From positions 1-34,458 of the forward strand of contig JABANN010000373.1 of the NCBI GenBank assembly GCA_013115125.1: 34,458 nucleotides of DNA, in the 5' to 3' direction. This document shows positions 24,721-34,458 of the stretch, piece by piece. Source of the stretch: Perkinsus olseni. Lineage: Eukaryota. The translations under genes were made by a program, and so were the position numbers. The notes beneath the pieces are model-generated. The model ran no database searches. It was not told where the DNA came from and was given only the letters and a program-made list of their open reading frames with translations. Every line of letters starts with the position of its first letter. Position 1 is the stretch's first letter.

Positions 24721-25955
24721 TTATTCTGAATCGGCGAGTTCGGCCGTTAAACTTTCCAGCCAGGCCTTCGTCCTCGGTGGAGGAGACTCGTCAGATGCAC
24801 TCGTCGAGATCTCTTCAATGCGGACAACTTCTATCCGATCTGAGACACCACCCGTTCAATCAGTGGAAAAGAAAATGACCTCCCAGAATGATTCCACTCA
24901 CAACCAACTCGAAATGAGAAGAACTCACCTTCACTGCCGTTCCGATAACGGTAAATGACTCTCATGGGCCCCCGACCTTCACAGCCGATGTCCACGGCGT
25001 ATACTGGATTTTTGTGCTTCTTCCTTGAATGAATAGAACGTGGGTCCTCCTCTAGTGTGCTAACAATGACTCCTTCCATTTCCACCGGCCAGTCGGCAAC
25101 TTCGCGACGAGCTTCGGTGGAAAAAGTCACCTTCATGGCCTTACGGGCGGACTCCGTGACATACGCGGGCATGCGTACATGCTCCCTGGGCTGATACCGC
25201 TCCTTTCGGAACTTTCGCAATGACAGCACCGGTGTCCCGAGAATCATATCGCTCTCATGTAGCTCGATCCGACCTTTGGATACCTCGGCTACTCGACAAA
25301 TGGACATCCCCATGCTAGTCGGTCGGTAGGGAGATCTGCACGCAAAAACACCGACCTTACCACCGTTGTTTTTCGGTGGTCGAACCTTCGCCTTCAGATG
25401 ATTGTGATGTCTCTCATTCAAATGGCAAGCCCACAGCACAATACAGAAGTCATCAACACTCAAGTCCTCGGGCTCCTCGAACCCCTCGCGCATCAAGATA
25501 CACACCGTAGAGCCCTTTGCGAAGCCTCCCTGCCGCGGAGTGCCCCACTTGTGCTGATACGTGCTCTCGACCACATCACCGATAACGGGAAGGTCCACGT
25601 GCTCCTCTAACACCCCGCCCGTCTCCTTCTCACGAGAGCTCGACTTGGTGGTATCCTCGAAAGTGATGTAACCATTCTCGTGGCCTTCGCACAGGATACC
25701 GTCACCAGCCCAAGCAGCAGCCACCGTACGAGAGAACTCTTCCAGAGACGGCACATCAGGCAAAGACTCGTCGCGCGCCAGGAAATTCCTGTACCGGAGA
25801 AGCGCCGGAGAGAAATACCGGTTCGACTCGGCGGGAGAACGATTACGAGAAACTAGCGGCTTGAAGCCCTCGAAAGGCCAGCCCCGCTCGTCTGCCATTC
25901 CCTTTACACATCGTACGAGCTCCAACCTAATGATCTCAATGGTAGGGTCGGACAT
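24721..25955 (-). CDS. TRMO: TrmO/TsaA (YaeB)-family tRNA N6-methyltransferase-like protein with N-terminal extension, two exons
   Basis: Motifs IGDVVESTYQHKWGTPRQG, KAKVRPPK...GVFACRSPYRP, DMILGTPV and C-terminal LEEDPRS. An in-phase GTGAGT...CAG intron at 24928-24840 leads to DRIEVVRIEE...LADSE*. Confidence 0.85.
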
Positions 25956-25966
25956 TGAGGAATAAA

Positions 25967-25998
25967 TGCCGTGACGGGGGATCGAACCCGAGACCTTC
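25967..25998 (-). pseudogene. tRNA 3'-part remnant (Phe-like)
   Basis: Minus strand GAAGGTC-TCGGG-TTCGATC-CCCCG-TCACGGC-A has exactly the variable-loop, T-arm, acceptor-3' and discriminator spacing. No complementary 5' acceptor strand (GCCGTGA) is found upstream. Confidence 0.5.
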
Positions 25999-26087
25999 TA
26001 CAATCCCATTTGATATGTTCGCGCCAGCCTTTCCCCCAATCACTATCGAACTCGTAGCGCCTTATGCTTGAAGATAGAAACATTTGC

Positions 26088-29000
26088 TTAATCCTTCCGT
26101 AATGCTCTGTACAATGAAAGTAAAGCCGCTGCAGTGCCAAGGACCACAACAGCGGTGAATACGCCAGCAAGTAACGGTTCATCCAGGAGCTCCTCCGAAG
26201 GGGTCAGCTCGTCACCAATAGAAGCATCCTTCGCTTCAGTCGGAGCTTGTTCGGCCGCCAACGCCGGAGAAGCCTTCTTCACTTCGCTGTGTGCGGAAAG
26301 AGTCAAACCGGGGAATTCAAGATCTGAAAAGACCGTTCAGTGAACCTCCAACACCACCCATAACAAAACTTTCTGACACCTCTAGCTACGAATTTCGCCG
26401 CCGTGCCTCTCCTAACTCTCCTAACTCACCTTCGTTAAGCTCCTTGGAGATGCACCATGCCAAGCCGGGCCGAATATCCTCCGACACCAGCCCCTCTGCC
26501 AAGTGACGGCCCCGATACACCGGCATTCGCAATGTGATCTCGCCCACCACACATCGGACAACAATTGCACTTTCCTTCACCTGCCCAAGTCCAACCGCGT
26601 CCGCCGGCACCTTCGTGATGAGCAACTTCGCAAAATCGGCGGGAGTAACATCATACACTCTCTTCGTCATAGTCAGCCACTGCAAGGCCGTGACCAGGAC
26701 GCGAGGCTCGCTATGTGCTCCCGAAGGCCGATCAAACGCCGGCGTGCCAGCCGACACCACCTTCAATCCGTGCCGGGAACGACTGCGCAATAATCGATCA
26801 ACTGATGGGCTCATCAACCACAACTTCCTCGGCCTTGGCTCCGGGCTCTTCGACCACAACAGGCCGTCTACCTCTTCATCGGGGATACCGAACTGAGCTT
26901 TCAGATGTTCAGTGAATTCTTGAGGGCACTCATAGAAATCACTCTGTTTCTCAACAGGCGCCTGACTGCTACTGCCCCCAGGAGACTTTTCGCCCGCTGA
27001 ATCCTCGTGTTCTCCAACGCACGGCGAATTCGGCCCAGACAATCCCTTCTGCCCGTCAGCCTCAAGTGTATCTTCTTTTCCTTCAACCCCGGACGTATCG
27101 TTCTTCTCGTCAACCTCTTCCGTATCTTTCTTCTCCCCAACCTTCGAAGTTTCAATATCGTTGCACACTCCCTCCTCCTCCAGATCGAGCATCTCATCTG
27201 CCGACGTCTCCCACGGCACTCTCGTCACCTTTCTGATGACCGCAATGAAGAAACCGCCGGTGTTCTGAGAATAGAACGAAAAATTCACTCATCCACTCAA
27301 CTGGATGGATATCTCAAAGAGAACCATGATGAGGGCAACAACACGAGCTCCTCGCGCCTCAGCCAATCGATACCACTCCAAGCATAAATCATGTCAGATC
27401 GCAGATGGTCACCTGTAGATGCGGATAGACCCGCACACATTTACTCAGATCCACTCCCTCCGACGCCTGCGGGAACATCGATGACTTCACCAGGCGAGCG
27501 TTCTTCCCTTCTCCGAGCTCTCTCTCGGCATCTTCGAAGTTTGAGAACCTTCAGACAAAGCCGATCGAAGCATTCTGTCAGGACTGGTGACAGATGTGTC
27601 ACACGCCGGCACTCTCCTACCATCTTCCGCCACTCTTAACCTTCCACGATGAAACACCCTTCTCATATTTGAGGCCCTGCGGCGGTTCTTTCCAAACACT
27701 CAGCTCTAACGCCCCTCCAGAAGCCGCTACAACGCTACCCACTACAGCTTCGTCTTCAATGGGATTGAGGGCGCAAGTTGAGTACCTGAGAGGAGGGCGT
27801 GGTCATCAACAGGACACAAGAATTATACAAGACCCGAGAACTGTACTTGGAACCTCTCGATTCGCAGACTTACACTATGACGCCTCCCACCTTGACCAAA
27901 GTAGCCGTACGCTTCAGAATGGACCGCTGCAGTCTGTGACAGCTGAGCCCAGCGTTGGGGTGCCATCTCGACCACAAATCAGGGGACTTCCGAAGAGTCC
28001 CGTCCCCGGAGCAAGGTGCCTGATATTCGAAATCTACGATTTCCCCAACGCATGAAGAACCGCGATGGCATGACTTATTCGAGTCACACTGAGTCCGTTG
28101 CAGCGAACGCGTCCCGCAGTAGATTCGGCAACGGATTGGTGGAATGCAATTCTATTCACACCAGTATTCAAACCCACGCCATCCCCAACGACCCTACATC
28201 ACACAGCGCAGCATCGAACTCTATCTTTCTGCCAGTGGCTCCATCAAAGCAGCTCGGGAAGGCTTGTCCGGCGTGCGCTGTTACAACGAGGTTGGGGGAA
28301 TTGTGATGCCTTAAACGATGAATAAGTAGATGAGCCCTCTTCACTACAAGCTCGTTGGCTACCACCATACCTGACAAAACAACAGAATAGAAATCAGCGT
28401 GACGAAGAATGCAGTATATTGAAGCACGGAGAGATGCATTGAAGCTGTCATCGCCAGAAGGGCTCTCTGGCGACTCAGTTCATGCTAGCTTCGCTGACCA
28501 TTCACCGTTATGAATATATTGGCGACGAATTCACGGGAAAGACAGATCCTCTACTAACGGCGCCCGAAGAGCAGAAACGTCGAAGTTTGCCGAACCAACG
28601 CCCAACTTTGACCGACTGCCGGGAGACCACTGTCACTCGCCCCACTAATAAAGATACCATTTACGATAAAATCTTCCGCGTGCGCAAATTTCAAGGTCTT
28701 CCTCACCTTCCGGAGGTTTCGAAGGGTCCGGTCTAGGGCATTCATTCAGCATCTCCAAGAGCTGACTCGTCTTGCTGCCCGGTGCCGAGCAAATGTCCAG
28801 AACCAGGGAATCTTGCCTGAGGAATCGCTAGATGTACCAAGATTACAAGAAGACCTCCCTTAAACACTCACTGTAATTCTCCTTTGAGAGCCAATGCTGG
28901 CAGCATCGACACTGTTTCCTGAAAAAACGAACACCGGAAATTCCATGCGCTCAAAACCCCGTAATATATAAAATAAAGTAAAGTATACAGAGATAAAAAT

Positions 29001-30757
29001 AATATATAAATCTCTGGAGATAAAAATAATATATGAAGGCCGCATGATGGATTTTAAAACCTGCCACGCAGCGTGATTCATCAACCCAAGCCGGCTAAGG
29101 GACGCTCATTGTAATTGCTGAACTCCGCGCACGTCATAGGCAACCATCCCATCTGCATCCGATTGGGCCAAGCATCACCTGTCGCATGAGAACCCCGGCT
29201 TGCCCTTGGTTGACCAGGAACTCATGGAACGACTTCAACCCGGACAGAGGTGCACGTAGGACCGGGCGCGGTAAATTAACCTGCAAAAAACCACCAATCG
29301 GAGGACTGAAGATGATCTCGCACAACATGGCTCCCTTCACGTCAACAGCAGAACTACGAGTCAGGATAGAGAAAAGGACTTCATAACGAATCCAGTCGCG
29401 ATCGAACGCTCAGTACCGCTCCTCGCAGCAAGCTACAAGATCACCGCCCAATACAACCAGGCAAAGTTCCAGTGCAACCAAAGACTACAGGCAACAACAA
29501 TAAAAGAGCTCCACTGACGACATAGCATATCTCACGAAATGTCGTCCACCAAGAAAGGAGTCAACCAGCCACATAAAATCGGCGGCCCGGATTTCGGGGC
29601 GTCAAGATGAACATGCGAATGGCGCGACGCTCGATCAAAGAATTGTGATCCACCCTATTATACGACGGATCGCGACAACTACTACCAGACGGGACAGAAT
29701 GCGCGAAGTCCTCTCGTCAACCTCGAATGCATCCACGCACGGAGAAGGCTCGATCTCAGTACTACCTGGTAGCCATCCTTAACGAAGGATAACTCTTGGA
29801 ATTGGCCAGGATGAAGTTTGGAGATCTCCTCCTAAAAACAGGAACCTCGCAATTAAAGAGAGTAAACTCGCCTGTTCAGTTGACGGGCCAACTGAACCAA
29901 GCCGACCTACTTGGAACTTCTTAGCTTGCTCCTTGACAATCTCAGAAGATACGCCCAAGTCCATTACACGGAAGCTGGTGGGCAGTGGTGTTCGCAGGCA
30001 CTCCACAGTCTGAATGACATCAAGCATAGATGGCGATCTCGCAAAAGAACGTACGATGCACCAACAATAATGGGCTCATTACTCCTAGACGACCTAATCA
30101 AGTTTGACATAATCCATTGGTCAGTACGAACTATGCCAAGCTGGCCACAGCCATGAGGTTGATACCACCGACGAGCAACCAGTACTGCTCTTCTCCACTC
30201 AGGTATTACCTCCTTCCATTCCTCTGGAGGCAGAAGAGCTTGAGTATTGTAGTACTCGTCAAATGCATCACTCTGGAAGGTCGGCTTATCACCTCGAGAG
30301 TCGTACCTGAAGCGGTGGCCTGCTAGTTCTCCCCCATCCCTCAGATTTCACACTACGTGCGAGTTCGCGTATCGAAGGTACTACGTACTCGTGACCAGCT
30401 GGCCTCAAAGGAATCAAAGAAAAACTTCAGCCGAGATACGAAAATTTCCTCTTCCCAATTTGTCAGTACCACGGCCCAGATTCAGCGCGGCCCACGGAAC
30501 CGATCACTGTCACGAGAGCACTGTAGTGGAAGATCACCGAGAGGCGATGAAATGTCGCCAACGATTCGACGCTCTGATGCCAAAGGGCCCACTTCCGGGA
30601 TCTCAATCGTTGGAAGTCGCCTGCCAAATAGCTCCCGGTCGTACCGCCATCCGGAGGGTCCTGGATTCTCTTGGCCTTGTTCTGCTCCCTGGCTCTGATG
30701 ATGTTGATCACCGCCAAGCCCTTTCCGCTTGTAATAGTTCTTACCCTTCTTACCCAT
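26088..30757 (-). CDS. NSUN2: NSUN2/Trm4-family tRNA (cytosine-C5) methyltransferase, multi-exon
   Basis: Segments read LRTPLPTSFRV, FLVNQGQAGVLMRQ|ETVSMLP, VLDICSAPGSKTSQLLE (motif I), VVANE...RAHLLIH, CD|APCSGDGTLRKSPD (motif IV), YSTCALNPIEDEAVV (motif VI) and NTGGFFIAVIRK. The unspliced frame stops at 26386; an in-phase intron 26429-26324 extends it to 26088. Confidence 0.92.
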
Positions 30758-30896
30758 CTGGAGGCACCGCTACATAGGGAGAAGCATATCTCAACCGGCG
30801 CAAGCGACTGTTTTTACGCGAGTGAAAACGTCGGGAACGTTCGGGTAGGATCAAAATTGTCCATTCCCAGTGCACTCAGGTACTGTACTTCTGTGT

Positions 30897-32153
30897 ATGA
30901 AAGTCGCGGGCCTCTTGCACCTCTGCGGCGCCTCACTACACGTCGCCTCCGCCGTTCTAGTCCCGAAGTGCCCAGCACTCGGCTTGTACGGGAGCCGAGA
31001 CCAGATAACGAGGGTTGGCTTGTTGAAGAGCTTCGAGGTGAACTATTTGGACGAAGTTCGCGGCGCTGGTTGCCAAGCTGATTTGGTCTATGGCAAGGGC
31101 GCCTTCACAGTGGAGGTCAGTAACGCCCTGCTGGAGCCCCTGAAAGGGGGTATGGTTTTAGCACGATACGGTGAACTCATTCAGAGCAGCCAGTGCCACA
31201 TGCTCCCACAACAACAACAACAACAACAACCAGGCGGCACGATTGCAAATAAACTCAGACGGTTGAGACTGTCTCACACCGTTATATGCAATCTGGGCAA
31301 CGATTCCCTGGTGGCATTTTTTGGTGCCTCGCTCAACAGGAATGGTGTACCAGTAAAGTTGTACTCACCGGTGCCTCTCGTGAAGGTCCAAGATCGGACC
31401 GCTCATCCGACTCACAACAAGTCTAACGAGGAGGCGACTGCGGACGACCAGCTCATGGCACGCGCCAGAGGGGATTCATCTGGCACCCTCTCGCTGTACG
31501 CCGGTTCGAAAGGAGGTCCCGTTTCTCATGACATTCATCTTGTCAACACTTATGACGTAACCTTCGTCGACCAAGCCATGGTTGATATTGTTGGTACGTT
31601 TTACGATTTCTCCGGCGAAGTTAACTTGTTCAAGTGGGCTGGTGCTGGTGACACACCACAGGCCTCCCAGTTCTTGAAGTCCCATCCTACTGCCAGCACG
31701 TCCATGCTCGAACTCCGGATACCTCTCGCTCGTCTCTGTGCTCAACGAGGTCATGACCACGTCTGTTTTAGAGCTCCTCCGAGTAGCATCTCGTTCGGTG
31801 GAAATTCAGTAGCCGATGACATTGAGCGAGCTGGACAAGTGTTCGGAATAGATGGGTTGCACTTGGATAATGTCGTCGTATACCTGAGGAGGGGCACGGG
31901 TTCCGAGCTCAGGCTTGGGAGCGTTCGGGACTCGACTGGTGAAGTTAAGCCGGCCATTACTATTCCTCTCATGAGGGCTCGGAACCTGCTTGGATCGGAG
32001 AGGTGCACAGCTTGTTCTGGCGGTACCGCCTCAAGTGAAGGCACGCAATCGCCACATAGAAGAGTTCTCCCTGCTGAGGAGGTTGCACAAGACAAGACGA
32101 GGCCTCCCAAGAAAAGACGCTGGCGTGTGAATATCGACCAAGACGCTCCCTAA
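30897..32153 (+). CDS. Lineage-specific hypothetical protein with possible signal peptide, poly-Q and basic C-terminus
   Basis: Intronless ORF of ~418 aa from ATG 30897 (MKVAGLLHLCGASLHVASA), with (CAA)7 at 31209-31229 and C-terminal PPKKRRWR. Confidence 0.8.
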   Translation: MKVAGLLHLCGASLHVASAVLVPKCPALGLYGSRDQITRVGLLKSFEVNYLDEVRGAGCQADLVYGKGAFTVEVSNALLEPLKGGMVLARYGELIQSSQCHMLPQQQQQQQPGGTIANKLRRLRLSHTVICNLGNDSLVAFFGASLNRNGVPVKLYSPVPLVKVQDRTAHPTHNKSNEEATADDQLMARARGDSSGTLSLYAGSKGGPVSHDIHLVNTYDVTFVDQAMVDIVGTFYDFSGEVNLFKWAGAGDTPQASQFLKSHPTASTSMLELRIPLARLCAQRGHDHVCFRAPPSSISFGGNSVADDIERAGQVFGIDGLHLDNVVVYLRRGTGSELRLGSVRDSTGEVKPAITIPLMRARNLLGSERCTACSGGTASSEGTQSPHRRVLPAEEVAQDKTRPPKKRRWRVNIDQDAP

Positions 32154-32369
32154 CCAACGTCCAGTGGGGCGGTATTTCTCGTTTGTATTTCTCACGATTA
32201 ATCAATGCTGTCCTCTACTTACGCTTCATCACCTCGGTAGTTCTCATGTTAGCATGATGTCGCCCTAAGCTGTCTAACCCTCCGATCTTTGTTATTTACA
32301 GTAGTATCAATGATCGCTAGCGCCTCTGGCGATCCGAGCCACTAGGCTAGCAGCGTTTCGAGGAATTGA

Positions 32370-33172
32370 GGGACTTCCCTGGGAGGAAGAGGGAGCAATA
32401 CCTCTTCGATGCTGAGCCTCAGCAGCTCAGGTTCAGAGGCCTCGTTGTGTCGTGTCCAATGACTGAGCCAGACTACGGGCTCTCGTGGCCTAGCTGTTTA
32501 CCCTTCTCAGGATTGTTGCATGGGACGAGCTCAGTTGATCCAATTAACTGGATGATCATCCAGTATCTAGAAATACGGTGTATGATGCAGTGTGTGTCTC
32601 TGCTCCAGCGTGTCAGTGCTGTCCAGGAGTATTTCGCAATGCGATCGATGTCACTCACATCACGGTGAATACAGGTACGCCATAATTCAGGACTCTCTCA
32701 TGAGAAGACCCTCAAATTGAGACCCTCGATGCTGCTCGGGATCCTCCGTGTGCACCCTCGTCTCTTGGCGAACGGGTTGCCCGTAGTGCCAACAAAGTTG
32801 TGGAGACTTGTCGGTGGCGCCCATCCCAGTCCACCACTGGGGTCGTTCATCTGCTGCCGGACAGCGACTGATGTTATTCTTTCTGTACCACTTGGCTTTG
32901 GCATTGAATTTCCGATGGCGCGGCAGCATCAGCGTTGAGTTATCGATCAATCAATCACGGTCACTACCAGCGAACTTCGCTAGCCTTGAGTTGCGGATGA
33001 CTGCTGGCGATGAGCATATCAAATCTTCTGAGATGATCCGAGTTGAGCGTTTAATCATGCTCTGCAGGTTGTGAAAGCGTGGACCGCTCACTGTGGGCCG
33101 ATTCGCAGTGTCGAGTTCTGTCGAGGAATTCCAGCTCCTTGGTGGACATATTGGGCTCTGCCCGACTGGCAC
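32370..33172 (-). mobile_element. Possible decayed non-LTR retrotransposon (APE endonuclease end and linker)
   Basis: ORFs 33172-32951 and 32950-32687 are one frame broken by a single stop: NRPT...EDLICSSP...AGSDRD*LID...RKFNAKAKW. This resembles the LINE pattern N..PT / IDL / GSDH / FNxKKAxW, with LSIEEV further downstream. Confidence 0.35.
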
Positions 33173-33424
33173 TCAAATGTGCGGGGTAGAGAATAAGGGC
33201 ATTTCGAGCGAAATACTGCCCACGACCCAACATTTAAATGCCTCGTGAAATGTTCGTTAGATCGTCTGGGGGCGTCTACGGCCTAGGTAAGGCTCCTCGG
33301 ATGGCTACACAAGGCTCCCACGTTTCTGCCAATGATACCCGTAACTTACGGGCCGTAAGGTCATCGAGTTCTCAGAGGTTAAGTCATCGGAATGGTTCAG
33401 GGATTTCTCAGTTGAAGCTCTGCA

Positions 33425-34458
33425 ATGGCCGGCCCGTCTCCCAACCCCACATCAGCTGACGCTGTTGACGTGACCACTAGTTGGTCCCCTAGACAGCTAC
33501 TGGTTGCCCGTCTCTGCCGCGTGACATCTTATTTCGGTGATAGCGGCCCGTCTTTCCCTCGTGAGGTTTGGGACTTCCTGCCTACGATAGCCCCCAACTG
33601 CTGCAAAGAGATCGCTAATATGAGGCCTCACGTATTCAGGATGAAGCCGATACCATCCTTCGGCACTGAGGAAGGTATTTTCCTCTGCCGCAAGAGAAAG
33701 ACGGCATGGGGCAATAGATACTTTGAGGTGAAATTCCTCAGTGTGCCGAGATGTAAAGAATCGACGCTGCGCGATATCTCCGAGTTCGTGAGGGCATTAG
33801 GCGGGGTCCTGAACAACGGCACTTCGACGCAGACCAACCAGCCAGGGGCAACCGGGACGACAGCATTGGCTCCAACAGCCGTAGTGGGGGGAGAAGAGGA
33901 TGGTGACGGGGAGGAGGAATACGAGACTCGTATTACGAGTCTGATGAGGACACTGACATGACCGACTACGACGAAAGCGATGACATCCACGGTTGGTCCG
34001 ACTCCGACTTCGACTCCGAGTATTCCTGGGGCCGATCCACTGAGTCACGCGAGCGCCATCCAGAGTGGGTGGATATGATATGTTGTTGCGAAGGCTCCTA
34101 CAAGTTGGGCTTCGTTGTCGGTCGGGATGACCTGTACTTCACCGTCGAGGAGGATCCGAACCACTTGCACTACAGGAAGCTCTCTGATCGTGTATTCGTG
34201 AACAGAGATCTCAAGTTACCCGAAACGATAGAGGAAATATCATTTGCCGATGGTCATCTGTTCGTCGTTGGTGCTTCGCGGCGGTTGTACATGCTGAAAA
34301 GTGACGGATCCGGATGGGTGGGGTCGATTACTCTGCCCGGTAAATGGTGTCCTTACAATTCACACAGGTTCCACGACGCTGTGGCCGATCATGATAAGGT
34401 TACTAAGGTCCTCTATATCCATCAGGGGGAGTCTGCCGAGGACTCGATGGCTCTCTGC
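33425..34458 (+). CDS. Lineage-specific protein with acidic tract, frame-disrupted and running off the window end
   Basis: ORF 33425-33961 overlaps a -1 frame open from 33907 to the window end (DSYYESDEDTDMTDYDESDD...LGFVVGRDDLYFTV...ISFADGHLFVVG). Confidence 0.65.

Noticed and set aside
28856..29101. CCCTTA...TAAGGG as possible piggyBac-like ends
   Set aside because: No TTAA target duplication, and the interval includes a genuine NSUN2 exon (ETVSMLPALALK).

Overview
Eukaryotic, intron-rich genomic DNA of roughly balanced GC content. Gene style and lineage-specific protein families suggest an alveolate, most plausibly Perkinsus (inference). Recognisable multi-exon genes are IFT70/TTC30 (674-8474, -), DAW1/ODA16/WDR69 (16242-20105, +), a TrmO/TsaA tRNA methyltransferase (24721-25955, -) and an NSUN2/Trm4 tRNA m5C methyltransferase (26088-30757, -). 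The window also holds a Thr-rich mucin-like secreted protein with Cys-rich modules and several lineage-specific hypothetical genes. Five tRNA genes or pseudogenes are present, two inside IFT70 introns and two in a duplicated tRNA-Leu cassette. A 269-bp hAT-type MITE has a perfect 8-bp TSD, and a decayed LINE remnant is probable. The most intriguing part is the tightly linked NSUN2-TrmO pair: TrmO appears to carry an ArgRS-N-like domain and divergent motifs, NSUN2 may have a spliced tail anchor, and a tRNA 3' fragment lies in the 132-bp gap between them. Exon boundaries were read by eye and no database search was run.
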